A DNA stretch of 64,000 bases, from assembly GCA_050187295.1 (NCBI GenBank), contig JBFWXQ010000016.1:25944-89943 (forward strand), given 5' to 3'. The DNA is from Blastocatellales bacterium (lineage in GTDB: Bacteria > Acidobacteriota > Blastocatellia > RBC074). Of the stretch, positions 41,669-53,137 are shown piece after piece; positions within the stretch are counted from its first letter, which is position 1; each line of letters starts with the position of its first letter. Position numbers and translations under genes: made by a program. Below the pieces are notes generated by a model that saw only the letters and a list, made by a program, of their open reading frames with translations, did no database searches and was not told where the DNA came from.

Positions 41669-42802
41669 ATGAAAGTCTGCCCGAAGTGTGCTCGCAGCTT
41701 TGCTGAAGGGTTTCAATATTGCCCGCAGGATGCCAACGAGTTGGTCAAATACGATCTGCGCGTTCACCTGAACCGCCAGAGCGAATTTCAATTTTTACTT
41801 CCGTCGGAAACCTTGCTGGTTCGATTGCGGCGGGAACTGTCCTCAGCCTTAATTGAATTCAAACACAACCCGCGAATTTTTCTGGCTGGGTTGCTGCGTG
41901 GCGAAAAGAGCAGCCGCAGGCGCAAACGATTGCTGCAGGCGGGCGTGGCATCGGCTGTGATCGTTTACGGCGCAGTGATGACGGCTGGATTGCTGATCGG
42001 GCTTTTCACTTCTTCGCTGCATTCGATCGAAGCGGGAAAGCCAATTGAAAGGAATATCAGCGACGAACCGATATTCACTATTCCGCTGGTGGCAGCCAAA
42101 ACTGAGAAGACAAACAAGGCCAAAACGAATCAGGGATTGCTCGGCGGCAGTCTGCCAAAGAGGGGGCGTGCTCAAGGTGGCGGCGGTGGCAACGATGAGA
42201 CTCCAGCCAGCAAAGGCGTCAATCCAACGCCATCGTTGTCGCAGCAATTGATGAAACCTGATTTGAGTCCGCCGGAAATTCTCAACCCAAGCTTGGTTGT
42301 CACCCCGACCATTTACGCCGACCCGAAATCATTTTTGAAAGCAACAGGGCCGATCGGCCTTCGCAATGGCCAGACTGAAACACCTTCGCTCGGCAATGGC
42401 CCCGGAACCGGAATCGGCCCCGGCAATGGTCCGGGTTATGGTCCCGGCGAAAACGGAGGCGTTGGCGGCGGCAAGTTCAAACCCGGTGGCGGAGAAACTA
42501 CCGGCACGGGCAATGAAATATTTGCCCAAACTCGCGACCTTCGCCCAACGATCATTTACAAAGAGCGCGCAAAATATACCGAGGAAGCCCGGCAAAACAG
42601 GATTCAGGGAACAGTTGTCCTCAGCCTGATCTTCGGCGCTGATGGTCGCATTCACGACATTCGTCCGGTTCACAATCTGCCTTACGGTTTGACCGAAGCG
42701 GCAATCGAAGCGGCGCAGAAAATCCGCTTCAATCCGGCGCTGCGAGAAGGGCGTCCGGTCAACGTGCGTTCGCAAATCGAATTCAACTTCACGCTTTACT
42801 GA
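41669..42802 (+). CDS. Zinc-ribbon / TM / Gly-Pro-rich / TonB C-terminal domain protein
   Basis: N-terminal CPKC...CPQD zinc ribbon; TM helice VASAVIVYGAVMTAGLLIGLF; GPG-rich linker; C-terminal TonB-C-like RIQGTVVLSLIFGADGRI...REGRPVNV. Confidence 0.55.
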   Translation: MKVCPKCARSFAEGFQYCPQDANELVKYDLRVHLNRQSEFQFLLPSETLLVRLRRELSSALIEFKHNPRIFLAGLLRGEKSSRRRKRLLQAGVASAVIVYGAVMTAGLLIGLFTSSLHSIEAGKPIERNISDEPIFTIPLVAAKTEKTNKAKTNQGLLGGSLPKRGRAQGGGGGNDETPASKGVNPTPSLSQQLMKPDLSPPEILNPSLVVTPTIYADPKSFLKATGPIGLRNGQTETPSLGNGPGTGIGPGNGPGYGPGENGGVGGGKFKPGGGETTGTGNEIFAQTRDLRPTIIYKERAKYTEEARQNRIQGTVVLSLIFGADGRIHDIRPVHNLPYGLTEAAIEAAQKIRFNPALREGRPVNVRSQIEFNFTLY

Positions 42803-43062
42803 GTCGAAAGAAAGCGGCCATTTGAAATTTGATTTTCCTCCACAAACTCCAGTCCCAAAACTTGAAGCCGCCGAGGTCGCCGCAGGCGCCGCGGGCGGAG
42901 AGGAGTTGGACAATGACGGAACGAGGCCGTGCAGGCAACGTTCTTCGGCGTTCTCTGCTTGCGGTGTCTGCGGCGACTTCGGCGGCATTTTTCGGACTAC
43001 GGAGAGAATATCTCAGGAATTTCAACAAGTAATTAAAGCCGTGAGCAAGCAATCACTCAAAT

Positions 43063-43100
43063 CCGAAATTAGCCATTAACCATCAGCCATTAACCATTAT
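43063..43100 (-). repeat. Inverted copy of the 37-bp heptamer-array repeat (matches 21981-22017)
   Basis: Reverse complement ataatggttaatggctgatggttaatggctaatttcgg; together with a degenerate direct copy at 43138-43167 it forms an imperfect 28-bp hairpin between the convergent TonB-C gene and uvrA. Confidence 0.7.
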
Positions 43101-43137
43101 TCGTCAGGAGGAAAGATTCTTTACCTGCCTGATAATT

Positions 43138-43167
43138 GTTAATGGATAATGACTGATGGTTAATTTC
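43138..43167 (+). repeat. Degenerate third copy of the heptamer-array repeat
   Basis: gttaatggataatgactgatggttaatttc, 2-3 mismatches to the consensus. Confidence 0.55.
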
Positions 43168-43193
43168 TTTCTCAATCAGTGAAACCTGAAAAG

Positions 43194-46073
43194 CTACACG
43201 ACCGTTTTCAAAAATCTTCCCGTGTGCGAATTTTTGATTGTGGCGATTTCTTCGGGAGTTCCGACCGCGACGATCTGCCCCCCGCCGACGCCGCCTTCGG
43301 GCCCCAGGTCAATTATCCAGTCGGCGGTTTTGACGACATCCAGATTGTGTTCGATGACCACCAGCGAAGCTCCCGTTTCCAGCAATCGGCGGAACGACGA
43401 AAGCAGTTTATTGATGTCGTCGAAATGCAATCCCGTCGTCGGTTCGTCGAAAATATAAAGCGAGCGGTCACCGGAAGCTTTGGTCAGATACGAAGCCAGT
43501 TTGACGCGCTGGGCTTCGCCGCCCGAAAGCGTCGTCGCCGATTGTCCCAATCGCAAATAACCCAAACCTACATCATCCAGAACTTTCAGCTTGTTGGCGA
43601 TGCGCGGAACCTGGGAAAAGAAAGCGATGGCTTCGCGAACGGTCAACTGCAAAACTTCGTGGATGTTTTTGCCGCGATACTTAACTTCCAGAATCGAATT
43701 TTTGAACCGTCTGCCGTTGCATTCTTCGCAAACCAGCGCGACATCGGCCAGAAACTGCATTTCGATTGTCACCGTGCCGTCGCCTTCGCAAACGTCGCAA
43801 CGTCCGCCCGGCACGTTGAATGAAAAATGGCTTGGGTTGTAATTGTGCGCCTGAGCTTCGCGTGTCGAGGCGAAAGTTTCGCGGATGGCGTCATAGGCTT
43901 TGATGTATGTGACCGGATTCGATCGCGGGGTGCGGCCAATCGGAGATTGATCAACCAGTATGATGTCGTCAACAAATTTGCCGCCTTCCAGACCGGCAAA
44001 ATCGCCGACTTCGCCCGACCAATCACCTCGCTGTTTCTTCAATCCGGCAAACAGACAGTCGTGTACCAGAGTTGATTTGCCCGACCCGCTGACTCCGGTG
44101 ATGCATACCAACTGGCCGAGCGGAATCTGCACGTCAATGTTTTTCAGGTTATTGGCGCGCGCTCCGCGAATGAGGATTTGATGTTTGCCCGGCTGGCGAT
44201 GTTCTTTCGGAACTTTTATCTGAGCTTCGCCGCGCAGGTATTTTCCGGTCAGCGACGATTCGTGTTTCAGCAATCCATCAAATGAGCCTTCGAAAATCAC
44301 CTCGCCGCCCAATTCTCCAGCGCCGGGGCCAATGTCCAGAATGTGATCGGCGGAGCGCATCATTTCGGCTTCGTGTTCGACAACCAGCACCGTGTTGCCG
44401 ATGTCGCGCAGGTTTTCCAACAAGGCGATCAAACGCGCGCTGTCGCGCGGATGCAAGCCTATGCTGGGTTCGTCCAGCACGTACAAGGCTCCGACCAGCG
44501 ATGAACCCAGATGCGTGGCCAGTTGTATTCGCTGAGCTTCGCCGCCGGACAGTGTCGAAGCCAGCCGGTCAAGGCTCAAATAATCCAATCCGACTTCATC
44601 CATAAACCTCAACCGCGAGCGAACCTCTTTCAGCAACCGGTCGGCAATCGCCGCCTGCTCTTCGGTCAGTTTCAGTTCGTCGAAAAACAACCGGGCGTCT
44701 TTGATCGAAAGCCTGACGACTTCAGGCAGATTTTTTCCGCCGACGAAAACATCGCGGGCTTCGGCGCGCAACCGTCCTCCTTTGCAATCAGGGCAGCGCG
44801 CATAGCCGCGATATTTCGACAGCATGACGCGGACATGCAGTTTGTATTTTTTGGTTTCCAGCCAATCGAACAAACCGCGCACGCCGTCAAACCCTTCGCC
44901 GCCTTCGATCACGGCTTGTTGATGTTCAGTCGGCAAAGCGGCGAACGGTTCGGTCATCGAAATGCCTTCGCGTTTGGCGAATTTTTTCAACTCATCGCGC
45001 CACCATTCAAATTGCGGTTTGGTGAACGGTTCAATCGCGCCTTCGGCCAGCGACAATTCGCGGTTGGGAATGACCAGGTTCATGTCCAGACCGATTGTGT
45101 TGCCGAATCCCTGGCAGGTCGGACACGCGCCGAAAGGATTGTTGAAGCTGAAAAGCTGCGGTTCAGGCCACAGGTAATTGATGCCGCAATTCTTGCACTG
45201 AAACTTTTCCGAAAAAGACAACTGGCACGAATTTTCGCCAACGGTTTGAATCACAGCCTGGCCGTGGCCTTCGCGATAACAGATTTCCAGCGAATCAACC
45301 AACCGGGTGACCACATCCGGTTTGACCGCCAGACGATCAACCAGCACGAAAAAGTTATCGAAGCTTTCAGACGTGAAACTGTCCGGAGTTTGCAGTTCGA
45401 TGGTTTCATCCTTCGCCGCGTCGTAAAGCCGCGTGAAACCGCGCTGCATCAAACTCATCAAATGCGCTTTGACGTTGATTTTCGGTTTGGCCGATTTGCG
45501 AGACCGCGATTTTGGTTTGGTATCCTTGCGCTCTCTGCCGGACGGAGCGGCTGCGGTTGCGACCATGGCCTCTTCTGATTCCACAAGCTCTGTCCCCGCA
45601 GCAGCCGGAAACAAAACATAAAATCGCGTGCCTTCGGCCAATCGCAAAACTTCGTCGCCGATTGATTGCGGAGTGTCGCGTTTGACTTGGTTGTGGCATT
45701 GGCGGCAGACGGTCACGCCCACGCGGGCGAAAAGCAATCGCAGGTAATCGTAAATTTCCGTTTGCGTGGCGACGGTCGAGCGCGGATTGCGGGTGGAATT
45801 TTTCTGATTGATGGCGATGGCCGGACAGATGCCGTGAACTTCGTCAACGTCCGGCTTGTCCATTCGCTCCAGAAACTGCCGCGCGTAAGCCGAAAGCGAT
45901 TCAACGTAACGGCGCTGGCCTTCGGCGTAAATGGTGTCAAAAGCCAGCGAAGATTTGCCGCTGCCGCTGACTCCGGTGACGACCGTCAGTTTGTTCAGGG
46001 GAATAGAAAAAGAAATGTTTTTCAGGTTGTTGACGCGCGCGCCGCGCACCGTGATGTTTTCGTGATTCGACAT
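43194..46073 (-). CDS. uvrA: Excinuclease ABC subunit A
   Basis: Two ABC ATPase modules ([28 protein letters not shown]; [13 protein letters not shown]), zinc-finger Cys clusters, LSGGE signatures. True start ATG 46073 with AGGAG 7 nt upstream. Confidence 0.9.
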   Translation of the reverse strand: MSNHENITVRGARVNNLKNISFSIPLNKLTVVTGVSGSGKSSLAFDTIYAEGQRRYVESLSAYARQFLERMDKPDVDEVHGICPAIAINQKNSTRNPRSTVATQTEIYDYLRLLFARVGVTVCRQCHNQVKRDTPQSIGDEVLRLAEGTRFYVLFPAAAGTELVESEEAMVATAAAPSGRERKDTKPKSRSRKSAKPKINVKAHLMSLMQRGFTRLYDAAKDETIELQTPDSFTSESFDNFFVLVDRLAVKPDVVTRLVDSLEICYREGHGQAVIQTVGENSCQLSFSEKFQCKNCGINYLWPEPQLFSFNNPFGACPTCQGFGNTIGLDMNLVIPNRELSLAEGAIEPFTKPQFEWWRDELKKFAKREGISMTEPFAALPTEHQQAVIEGGEGFDGVRGLFDWLETKKYKLHVRVMLSKYRGYARCPDCKGGRLRAEARDVFVGGKNLPEVVRLSIKDARLFFDELKLTEEQAAIADRLLKEVRSRLRFMDEVGLDYLSLDRLASTLSGGEAQRIQLATHLGSSLVGALYVLDEPSIGLHPRDSARLIALLENLRDIGNTVLVVEHEAEMMRSADHILDIGPGAGELGGEVIFEGSFDGLLKHESSLTGKYLRGEAQIKVPKEHRQPGKHQILIRGARANNLKNIDVQIPLGQLVCITGVSGSGKSTLVHDCLFAGLKKQRGDWSGEVGDFAGLEGGKFVDDIILVDQSPIGRTPRSNPVTYIKAYDAIRETFASTREAQAHNYNPSHFSFNVPGGRCDVCEGDGTVTIEMQFLADVALVCEECNGRRFKNSILEVKYRGKNIHEVLQLTVREAIAFFSQVPRIANKLKVLDDVGLGYLRLGQSATTLSGGEAQRVKLASYLTKASGDRSLYIFDEPTTGLHFDDINKLLSSFRRLLETGASLVVIEHNLDVVKTADWIIDLGPEGGVGGGQIVAVGTPEEIATIKNSHTGRFLKTVV

Positions 46074-46260
46074 CCAAACTCCTGCTTTACGCTGCCACTG
46101 CTTCACAGTCAGCGCAGGTCAGAAAAAGTGCATAAACAAGAATCGCGAATTTTATCTGACAAACCGAAAGGCTGACAAACGCGCTTGAAAAGCGACCTCA
46201 TTCGGACAAAGACCGGTTTGGCGATGGTCACAATACAAGACTTTTTGTAGTAGACTTGGA

Positions 46261-47277
46261 TTGGGTACAATTTTTGAAACAACGTGGGAACTTATGAAGC
46301 ATTCATCTGAAAACGTCAGCGACTTATATTGCGTCTTTGAGATCATCAAGCCGCGGATCAATACAATGCGTGTCATGCTGGTGGACAATCTGGTCAGCGG
46401 CGAGGAGCAATATTCCGATATTGCCCGACGCGAACCGGATTTTCACGCTGGCAAATGGGTCAGGTTGGAACGGATGATTGCCGGAATGGCAATGGGAAAC
46501 ATAGAAAGCAATGTCCGCAAATTGATTCGCGAGCCTGAAATTCGCACAGTTCACTTGTCAGAACTGAACGAACAGACTGTTCTCGAATTCAACCCCGACG
46601 CCGTTGTTCTGAGCGGCACACTACGCGATTTTGATTTTTATGCGCCGGAGATCATTGAAGGTTTCAATCGGTTTATCCGGCAAACGGGAGTGCCAGTAAT
46701 GGCCATTTGCGGCGGCCATCAACTGGCTGGTCAGGCTTTCGGCGCAAAAATCGTCACACTGGACGACCAGTTGCCGAGCGAAAAACGTAATGGCCGCTTG
46801 ATCGAATACCAATATCGATTCGTCAAGATAACGGACATCAGCGACCCCATCTTTGCCGGAATTGAAAATCGTCCAAGCGCCCGATGGCAGAAGTACACCA
46901 ATCGCCGTCATCTGCTGCGCGTCTGGCAAAACCACGGACTGCAACTCGACCGTTTGCCAGAAGGTTTCAAGCAACTGGCGCGCGGTTATCTGTCCGAATA
47001 TCAGATGATGGTTCGCCGCACGTCCCAACAGTTGATTTACGGCGTGCAATTTCACATCGAAAAATCCTTTCAGGATTGGCAGGCTGACAAGTATTGGGAT
47101 CATCGCAATGAAAGTCGCGATGGGCGGCTGTTGTTCGACAATTTTTTGATCGAATCCTTACGCTTTCGCGGCAAAATGGCCAATTTGGCCAATGACGATG
47201 ATTTCAAACCGGTGGCCAGTACTGCCAAAGCCGGATCATCCTCCGGTTCTTCTGGAATTCCGGCAACGGGGTTCTAA
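46261..47277 (+). CDS. Class I glutamine amidotransferase-like protein
   Basis: MAICGGHQLAGQAFG (Cys nucleophile elbow) and a GATase1-like fold. Real start may be the internal ATG near 46366. Confidence 0.5.
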   Translation: MGTIFETTWELMKHSSENVSDLYCVFEIIKPRINTMRVMLVDNLVSGEEQYSDIARREPDFHAGKWVRLERMIAGMAMGNIESNVRKLIREPEIRTVHLSELNEQTVLEFNPDAVVLSGTLRDFDFYAPEIIEGFNRFIRQTGVPVMAICGGHQLAGQAFGAKIVTLDDQLPSEKRNGRLIEYQYRFVKITDISDPIFAGIENRPSARWQKYTNRRHLLRVWQNHGLQLDRLPEGFKQLARGYLSEYQMMVRRTSQQLIYGVQFHIEKSFQDWQADKYWDHRNESRDGRLLFDNFLIESLRFRGKMANLANDDDFKPVASTAKAGSSSGSSGIPATGF

Positions 47278-47308
47278 ACTCCCATCATTGGTATCGGCCT
47301 GAGGTTTT

Positions 47309-47569
47309 ATGAGTCGGGAAAAAATCAAAATCAGCATTTTACTGTTCGGAGCTTGCCGTGAAGTTGCTGGCGTCAATGAACTGAACTGCGAATTGAATCC
47401 GCCTGCGACCGCAGCCACCGCCTGGGCGGCAATCAAACAACGTTTTGCCGAACTCGGAAGATTCGAAAAATCGGCACTGGTCGCAATCAACGAAGAACAC
47501 GCCCGAATGGATCAAGTCTTGAAAGATGGCGACACACTGGCCATCTTCCCGCCGGTATCCGGAGGTTAG
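47309..47569 (+). CDS. moaD: Molybdopterin synthase sulfur-carrier subunit (MoaD/ThiS fold, C-terminal GG)
   Basis: 86 aa ending ...FPPVSGG; adjacent moaE. Confidence 0.6.
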   Translation: MSREKIKISILLFGACREVAGVNELNCELNPPATAATAWAAIKQRFAELGRFEKSALVAINEEHARMDQVLKDGDTLAIFPPVSGG

Positions 47570-47571
47570 CA

Positions 47572-48282
47572 ATGCTGACATTACTAACTTTATTGATGTT
47601 GTCTGTTTCGCCTGTACTTGAAGTTCAAACCGGCGCGCAACTCGACCCCGCCCAACTCCCTCTGACAGCAGCCACCGCCAATGATTTCGTCCCGAAAGGA
47701 TGGATGATTGAAAACGAAACCATTGGTGATCTGAACAATGACTCGATTCCCGACCTTGCCGTCACTCTGGTTGAGCAGCTACCACCAGGCGCGAAAGAAA
47801 TTGAAGTCACAGGTCCTCCCGAACGGCAGCGCGCTCTTCTCATACTTTTCAAAACTCAGAATGGCAAATTTCAGAGAGTGGCATTGGCGAACAAAGTTTT
47901 GCTCTGCACTCGATGTGGCGGCGCTTTTTTTGGGATGGTTGAAACTCCAACGAATGTTGAAATCAGCAAAGGAGTGATCATCATCAATCAGGAATATGGA
48001 TCGCGGGAACTTGATAAAGAAACATTCCGATTTCGTTACGAACCGGAAACGAAACGCTTCGCCTTTATTGGCGTGGACGTGAACAGCCACGATAGATTGA
48101 CAGGCGAAAACGTAGTTCAAAGCATCAATTTCCTGACCGGATTCAAGCTGACAACCAAAACACGTATTGACGACCGAACAGGTGATGAAAAACGGACATT
48201 GAACAAAGGACAGCGCATACAACGCAGCAAAAAATATATCGAAGATGTAATTGCAGGATATGGTACGCAGGAGAAGATATGA
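47572..48282 (+). CDS. Hypothetical exported protein inserted between moaD and moaE
   Basis: N-terminal hydrophobic signal-like segment; no recognisable family; start 2 nt after moaD stop; stop overlaps moaE start (ATGA); AT-richer than its neighbours. Confidence 0.4.
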   Translation: MLTLLTLLMLSVSPVLEVQTGAQLDPAQLPLTAATANDFVPKGWMIENETIGDLNNDSIPDLAVTLVEQLPPGAKEIEVTGPPERQRALLILFKTQNGKFQRVALANKVLLCTRCGGAFFGMVETPTNVEISKGVIIINQEYGSRELDKETFRFRYEPETKRFAFIGVDVNSHDRLTGENVVQSINFLTGFKLTTKTRIDDRTGDEKRTLNKGQRIQRSKKYIEDVIAGYGTQEKI

Positions 48283-48722
48283 GTCAGGATATTTATGAAA
48301 TCACTCGCGAGCCGATTGACAAAGCAGGATTGGAAAAACGCCTGCTGACTGGCGCAGCCGGAGCAGTTGTCACTTTTGATGGTGTCGTCCGCGACAACAC
48401 AAAAGGCCGGCGCGTTGTCACTCTGCAATACGAAGCTTACGCGCCGATGGCCGTTAAGGAAATGCGCCGAGTTGGCGAAGAAATCCGCCAGAAATGGCCT
48501 GAAATCGAATGTATCGGCATCATCCACCGCTTCGGCGAATTGCAGATTTCCGAATCTTCTGTGGTTATTGTCGTAACTTCGCCACATCGGCGCGTGGCTT
48601 TCGAAGCCTGCCATTATGCTATTGACCGTGTGAAACAGGTTGTGCCGATTTGGAAGAAAGAGATTTTTGAAGACGGCGAGGCCTGGGTTGAAGGTCAAAA
48701 TCCCGAGGGCGTTGTCGCTTAG
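48279..48722 (+). CDS. moaE: Molybdopterin synthase catalytic subunit
   Basis: 147 aa; GAVVTFDGVVRDNTKGRRVVTLQYEAY...VVIVVTSPHRR...AIDRVKQVVPIWKKE is a typical MoaE sequence. Confidence 0.75.
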   Translation: MSQDIYEITREPIDKAGLEKRLLTGAAGAVVTFDGVVRDNTKGRRVVTLQYEAYAPMAVKEMRRVGEEIRQKWPEIECIGIIHRFGELQISESSVVIVVTSPHRRVAFEACHYAIDRVKQVVPIWKKEIFEDGEAWVEGQNPEGVVA

Positions 48723-48941
48723 GCTGTTTCCTGCCAGTCCTCTGTGCCACAAGCTTAACCGTCGTCATCAAGAAATTTTTCGACTTTCCCTCATACTGCT
48801 TCGTCTAAGCTGACGGCGGTGAAAACTGCCAACAAATGAATGCAAAAAGGCCGCTGTCCCGGAAAACAAGCGGTCATAAAATAAATGCCCGATGGGTGAA
48901 AACGAAAAAGCGAAAAGAGGAAGGCGGATCTGATTCAGGTT

Positions 48942-49514
<573 letters not shown>

Positions 49515-49591
49515 AAGCGACCATGGAACCACACGTTCAAACCTTGAATCAGCAAGGAGAAAGTAGCAGTGAGGTAAGGAGGCGTTAAGCC

Positions 49592-50254
49592 ATGAAAAAA
49601 ACTACAGATGAACTCAACCCTCAATTCGAATGCGATCGCAAGGAAGCCCTGGTCGCATATCTTTACGACGAAGCCTCCACAACAGAGCGCGCTTCATTCG
49701 AACGCCATCTGCTCGAATGCGAATCATGCAATTTGGAATTGCAAGCATTCGGGCGCGTGCGCGATGATATGAGCGCTTGGCAAGTTGGATTCGCGCCGCG
49801 CACAGAACTTGTCTTGCCGCGCAGCAAGGTGGAAGCGCTACACAAACTGATTGGACTGTTTCCGGTTTGGGCGCGCGGACTGGCAATGGCTGGAGCAGCG
49901 GCAGCGGTTGTCTTATTTGCGCTGTCAGTTTTTGCCGCCAATGGCATCAGGTCATCCGATGAAGTTGCGCTATCCAAGCAACAGGTCGAAGCGTTGATCA
50001 ACAAAGCCGTTGCCGAAGAGCGCGCCAGTATCGAACAGCGGTACAAGGCAGAATTCGCCAGCTTCAAACAGCAGGTTGCCGCCGATTATCAAACACAATT
50101 GCAAACCATCAACGCCGAGCATCAAACGCGATTGGATGCGGTCAAATCTTCCTTGCGCAACGAGATCAGGAAAGCCAACCGCCAATCCGGATCATACCGT
50201 TCCTTCTTTGCCGTCGAGGGTTATCAACAAGAACCGTGGGGTGACACAAAATGA
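49592..50254 (+). CDS. Anti-sigma factor (zf-HC2 type) with one TM helix and periplasmic coiled coil
   Basis: HLLECESCNLEL zinc-finger motif; TM GLAMAGAAAAVVLFALSVF; SD AGGAGG. Confidence 0.6.
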   Translation: MKKTTDELNPQFECDRKEALVAYLYDEASTTERASFERHLLECESCNLELQAFGRVRDDMSAWQVGFAPRTELVLPRSKVEALHKLIGLFPVWARGLAMAGAAAAVVLFALSVFAANGIRSSDEVALSKQQVEALINKAVAEERASIEQRYKAEFASFKQQVAADYQTQLQTINAEHQTRLDAVKSSLRNEIRKANRQSGSYRSFFAVEGYQQEPWGDTK

Positions 50255-51009
50255 AGACGTTTTCCGGCCTTGCTTATAGATTGGCGCTGGCGGTTGTGCT
50301 GACAGGCCTGCTATCGTTTGCCGCCAACGAAGCCTTTGCACAAGCGCGTCGTCCCGCGAAAGTTCAGCGACAGATTCAAAAGAAACTTGATAAACAAGGC
50401 GCAAAGAAATTGGTGGAAACCAGCGATTCGGCCAGTGTTGATCCCAAACCTTCTGAAACCTCCGTCAAAGATGCTTCACCCCAACCACAAAAACACAGTT
50501 TGGACGGAGTTCGTGAACGTGGAATTCTCGGCGGATTTTTCACGCGGGAAGAAACGCAAATGGTCATTCCGGGATTCGGCAATCCGGCAGCTTTGCTTGT
50601 CCTGCTTCGACAATTGGACTTGACGCCTGCGCAGAAAGAAAGTTTCAAAGCTCTCAGATTCAGCATCGGCAACAAGCTCGCGCGTTTGCAGAATGAAAAG
50701 CGTCAGGCAGAAAATCAGCTTGAAGAAGCCCTTTATGGAGAGCAATTCAATCCTCAACGCGTCGAAGAGCTGGCCGCTAAATCCGCCGATCTGACTTCCG
50801 AAATAATAAAAACTCAGGCGAACATAGAATCTCAGTTCCGGCAAATATTGACGCCGGATCAGTTCTTTGTTTTTCGTTTTCTGATAGGAGAACTGGTGCT
50901 TCCGCAGCGCAGGCTGACTCCGCAACAAATACGACAACAACAATTGCGCAGGCAGGGATTGAATCAGCCTAATCGCCCCAATCAAGTACCGCCTGATTAC
51001 GACCAATAA
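50251..51009 (+). CDS. Periplasmic Spy/CpxP-like (LTxxQ-motif) protein
   Basis: Signal peptide; LTPAQKE and LTPDQ motifs; 4-nt start/stop overlap with the anti-sigma gene. Confidence 0.5.
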   Translation: MKTFSGLAYRLALAVVLTGLLSFAANEAFAQARRPAKVQRQIQKKLDKQGAKKLVETSDSASVDPKPSETSVKDASPQPQKHSLDGVRERGILGGFFTREETQMVIPGFGNPAALLVLLRQLDLTPAQKESFKALRFSIGNKLARLQNEKRQAENQLEEALYGEQFNPQRVEELAAKSADLTSEIIKTQANIESQFRQILTPDQFFVFRFLIGELVLPQRRLTPQQIRQQQLRRQGLNQPNRPNQVPPDYDQ

Positions 51010-51021
51010 GATTGATGAAGG

Positions 51022-51062
51022 GGACCGGTTCAGGCCGGTCCTCTCGGCATTTTCTTTTTTTC
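51022..51062 (+). terminator. Rho-independent terminator after the ECF-sigma operon
   Basis: GGACCGG-ttcagg-CCGGTCC stem followed by a T-rich tract tctcggcattttcttttttt. Confidence 0.5.
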
Positions 51063-51200
51063 AATTCCCATCTCCTCTTCACCCAGCTTGGTCAAAACTT
51101 CACCTTCATCTTATGATTGCGCCGGCTCTGTCGTCCAGCTTTTTCAAAAAACATTCCGCCGCCGGGAACAACAAACAAGCGCTAAAAACTCTCTACCGAC

Positions 51201-52196
51201 TTGAATAAATCTCCAGTGCCGAAAATGACTTTTACCATATGGACAAACGCCAGTTTCAATGAGGAACTGACTGAACGGCTGAATTCAGGTGTTGCGCCGC
51301 ATCGGCTGATTTATGCGTCGCAGATGAACACCTTCAATCTGGCGTCCAGCCCGAATGATCCGCTGCTTGCCGAAGCCGATATTGCCTTCGGTCAACCGGA
51401 TGCCGGCCAGGTCGCGCAGCTTGCCAAATTGAAATGGGTTCATCTTACCAGCGCAGGTTATACCGCTTACGACCGCGACGAAATCAAGGACGCGATGAAA
51501 GCGCGAGGCGCTGCATTGACCAACAGCTCCGGCGTTTATGACGAACCATGCGCGCAGCACACTGTGGCAATGATGCTGGCCCAGGCGCGACAGCTTCCGG
51601 CTTCGGTGCGAACTCAAATTGAAGATCGCGGATGGCCTGCCGCCAAACGGCGCGACGAATCGTTTTTGCTCAATGGGCAAACAGCCTTGATCTTCGGCTT
51701 TGGCGCAATAGCCATCAGGCTTTGTGAATTGCTGGAGCCGTTCAGGATGAATTTGATCGGCGTCCGCCGTCACCCGACAGGTAATGAACCAATACAGATC
51801 ATAGGCGAAAATCAGTTAAGCGATTTTCTGCCCGGAGCTGACCACATCATTAACGTCATGCCCGCCAACGCTTCTACGCTCAGATACTTCGATGCGCGCA
51901 AATTCGGTCTGATCAAACCCGGCGCGCTGTTCTACAACATTGGCCGTGGAGTAACTGTTGATCAGGAAGCATTGCTGGGCGCCTTGCAATCCGGACGGCT
52001 TGGAGCGGCTTATCTGGACGTAACCGACCCTGAACCGTTACCCTCGGATCATCCCTTGTGGACTGCGCCCAACTGTTTCATCACGCCTCATACTGCGGGC
52101 GGACACAATCGCGAAATGGAATGTTTGATTGATCACTTCCTGGAAAATCTCAGGCGATTGGCGGCTGGCGAAGAACTGAAGAACCGAATCATCTGA
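51201..52196 (+). CDS. D-isomer-specific 2-hydroxyacid dehydrogenase family protein
   Basis: NAD-binding GFGAIAIR Rossmann motif; catalytic R/E/H region (GRGVTVD...HTAGG). Confidence 0.7.
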   Translation: MNKSPVPKMTFTIWTNASFNEELTERLNSGVAPHRLIYASQMNTFNLASSPNDPLLAEADIAFGQPDAGQVAQLAKLKWVHLTSAGYTAYDRDEIKDAMKARGAALTNSSGVYDEPCAQHTVAMMLAQARQLPASVRTQIEDRGWPAAKRRDESFLLNGQTALIFGFGAIAIRLCELLEPFRMNLIGVRRHPTGNEPIQIIGENQLSDFLPGADHIINVMPANASTLRYFDARKFGLIKPGALFYNIGRGVTVDQEALLGALQSGRLGAAYLDVTDPEPLPSDHPLWTAPNCFITPHTAGGHNREMECLIDHFLENLRRLAAGEELKNRII

Positions 52197-52201
52197 CACA
52201 G

Positions 52202-53068
52202 GTGCCCAAGCGTTTAACAACCGGTTACCACACAATCCTGCCATCGTACTTAATTCTGCTGGCGCTCCACCTGATCGCTCAACTGCATGGGTTTTCACTC
52301 TCTGCCGGACAGCCAAAAGATTCGCAATCTCTTCCCGCTTCAATCTGGATCGAACCGAACATCGGAATGAAATTCGTTCTGATTCCGGCTGGAAGCTTCA
52401 GAATGGGGACACCTCTGACCGAACCTGAAAGAGAGTCGAATGAAACCCCTCATAAAGTTCGCCTGACACGCGCTTTTTATCTGGGAGCTTACGAAGTTAC
52501 TCAAGGCCAGTGGGAAAAAGTGATGGGCAATAATCCATCACACTTCAATAACTGTGGCTCCGATTGTCCGGTCGAACGCGTCAATTATTACGATGTCCAG
52601 CATTTCATTGAAAAATTGCAAAAGCTCTCAGGCAATTTCAGGTTTCGATTGCCGACCGAAGCCGAATGGGAATATGCCTGCCGAGCCGGAACGAAGACGC
52701 CGTTCAACACAGGAAATAAACTGACCACCAATCAAGCCAATTACAACGGCCGGTTCCCTTACAACCGAAACCCCAAAGGTCAAAATCGAGAGAAAACCCT
52801 GCCGGTCGGCAGTTTTCCGCCGAACGCCTGGGGGCTTTACGACATGCACGGCAATGTCTGGGAATGGTGTCAGGATTGGTTTTGCCCTTACCCGAAGCGC
52901 GCAGTCTTTGATCCGGTTGGAAATTGTCAGACTGAATTGAAAGTCATACGCGGTGGAAGCTGGGCTTTCAACGCCCAAAGCGCACGAAGCGGACTTCGTT
53001 ACACCCACAGACCGCAAGACCTCGGTTACAGCCTGGGCTTTCGCCTGGTTCGTGAAATTGAAAAATAG
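52202..53068 (+). CDS. Formylglycine-generating-enzyme (FGE/SUMF1) family protein with N-terminal membrane/signal segment
   Basis: RVNYYD, GNVWEWCQDW and RGGSWAFNAQSARSGLRYT are FGE-sulfatase family hallmarks. Confidence 0.7.
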   Translation: MPKRLTTGYHTILPSYLILLALHLIAQLHGFSLSAGQPKDSQSLPASIWIEPNIGMKFVLIPAGSFRMGTPLTEPERESNETPHKVRLTRAFYLGAYEVTQGQWEKVMGNNPSHFNNCGSDCPVERVNYYDVQHFIEKLQKLSGNFRFRLPTEAEWEYACRAGTKTPFNTGNKLTTNQANYNGRFPYNRNPKGQNREKTLPVGSFPPNAWGLYDMHGNVWEWCQDWFCPYPKRAVFDPVGNCQTELKVIRGGSWAFNAQSARSGLRYTHRPQDLGYSLGFRLVREIEK

Positions 53069-53137
53069 AAATATTTTTGGGAACTATTCAGCCCGCTCGC
53101 TCCTATCACACATGACAACCTGAAATGACTTCCGGGT

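Noticed and set aside
42822-43079. Small ORFs (85 and 67 aa) in the TonB-C / uvrA intergenic region
   Set aside because: Ala/Gly-rich low-complexity translation with no SD; the region is better explained by the repeat/hairpin elements.
46261-46380. Apparent one-nucleotide inconsistency between my reading of the printed sequence near 46320/46321 and the ORF-track frame
   Set aside because: The ORF track start and stop arithmetic is self-consistent, so this is most likely my counting error. It is not evidence of a frameshift and does not affect the calls.
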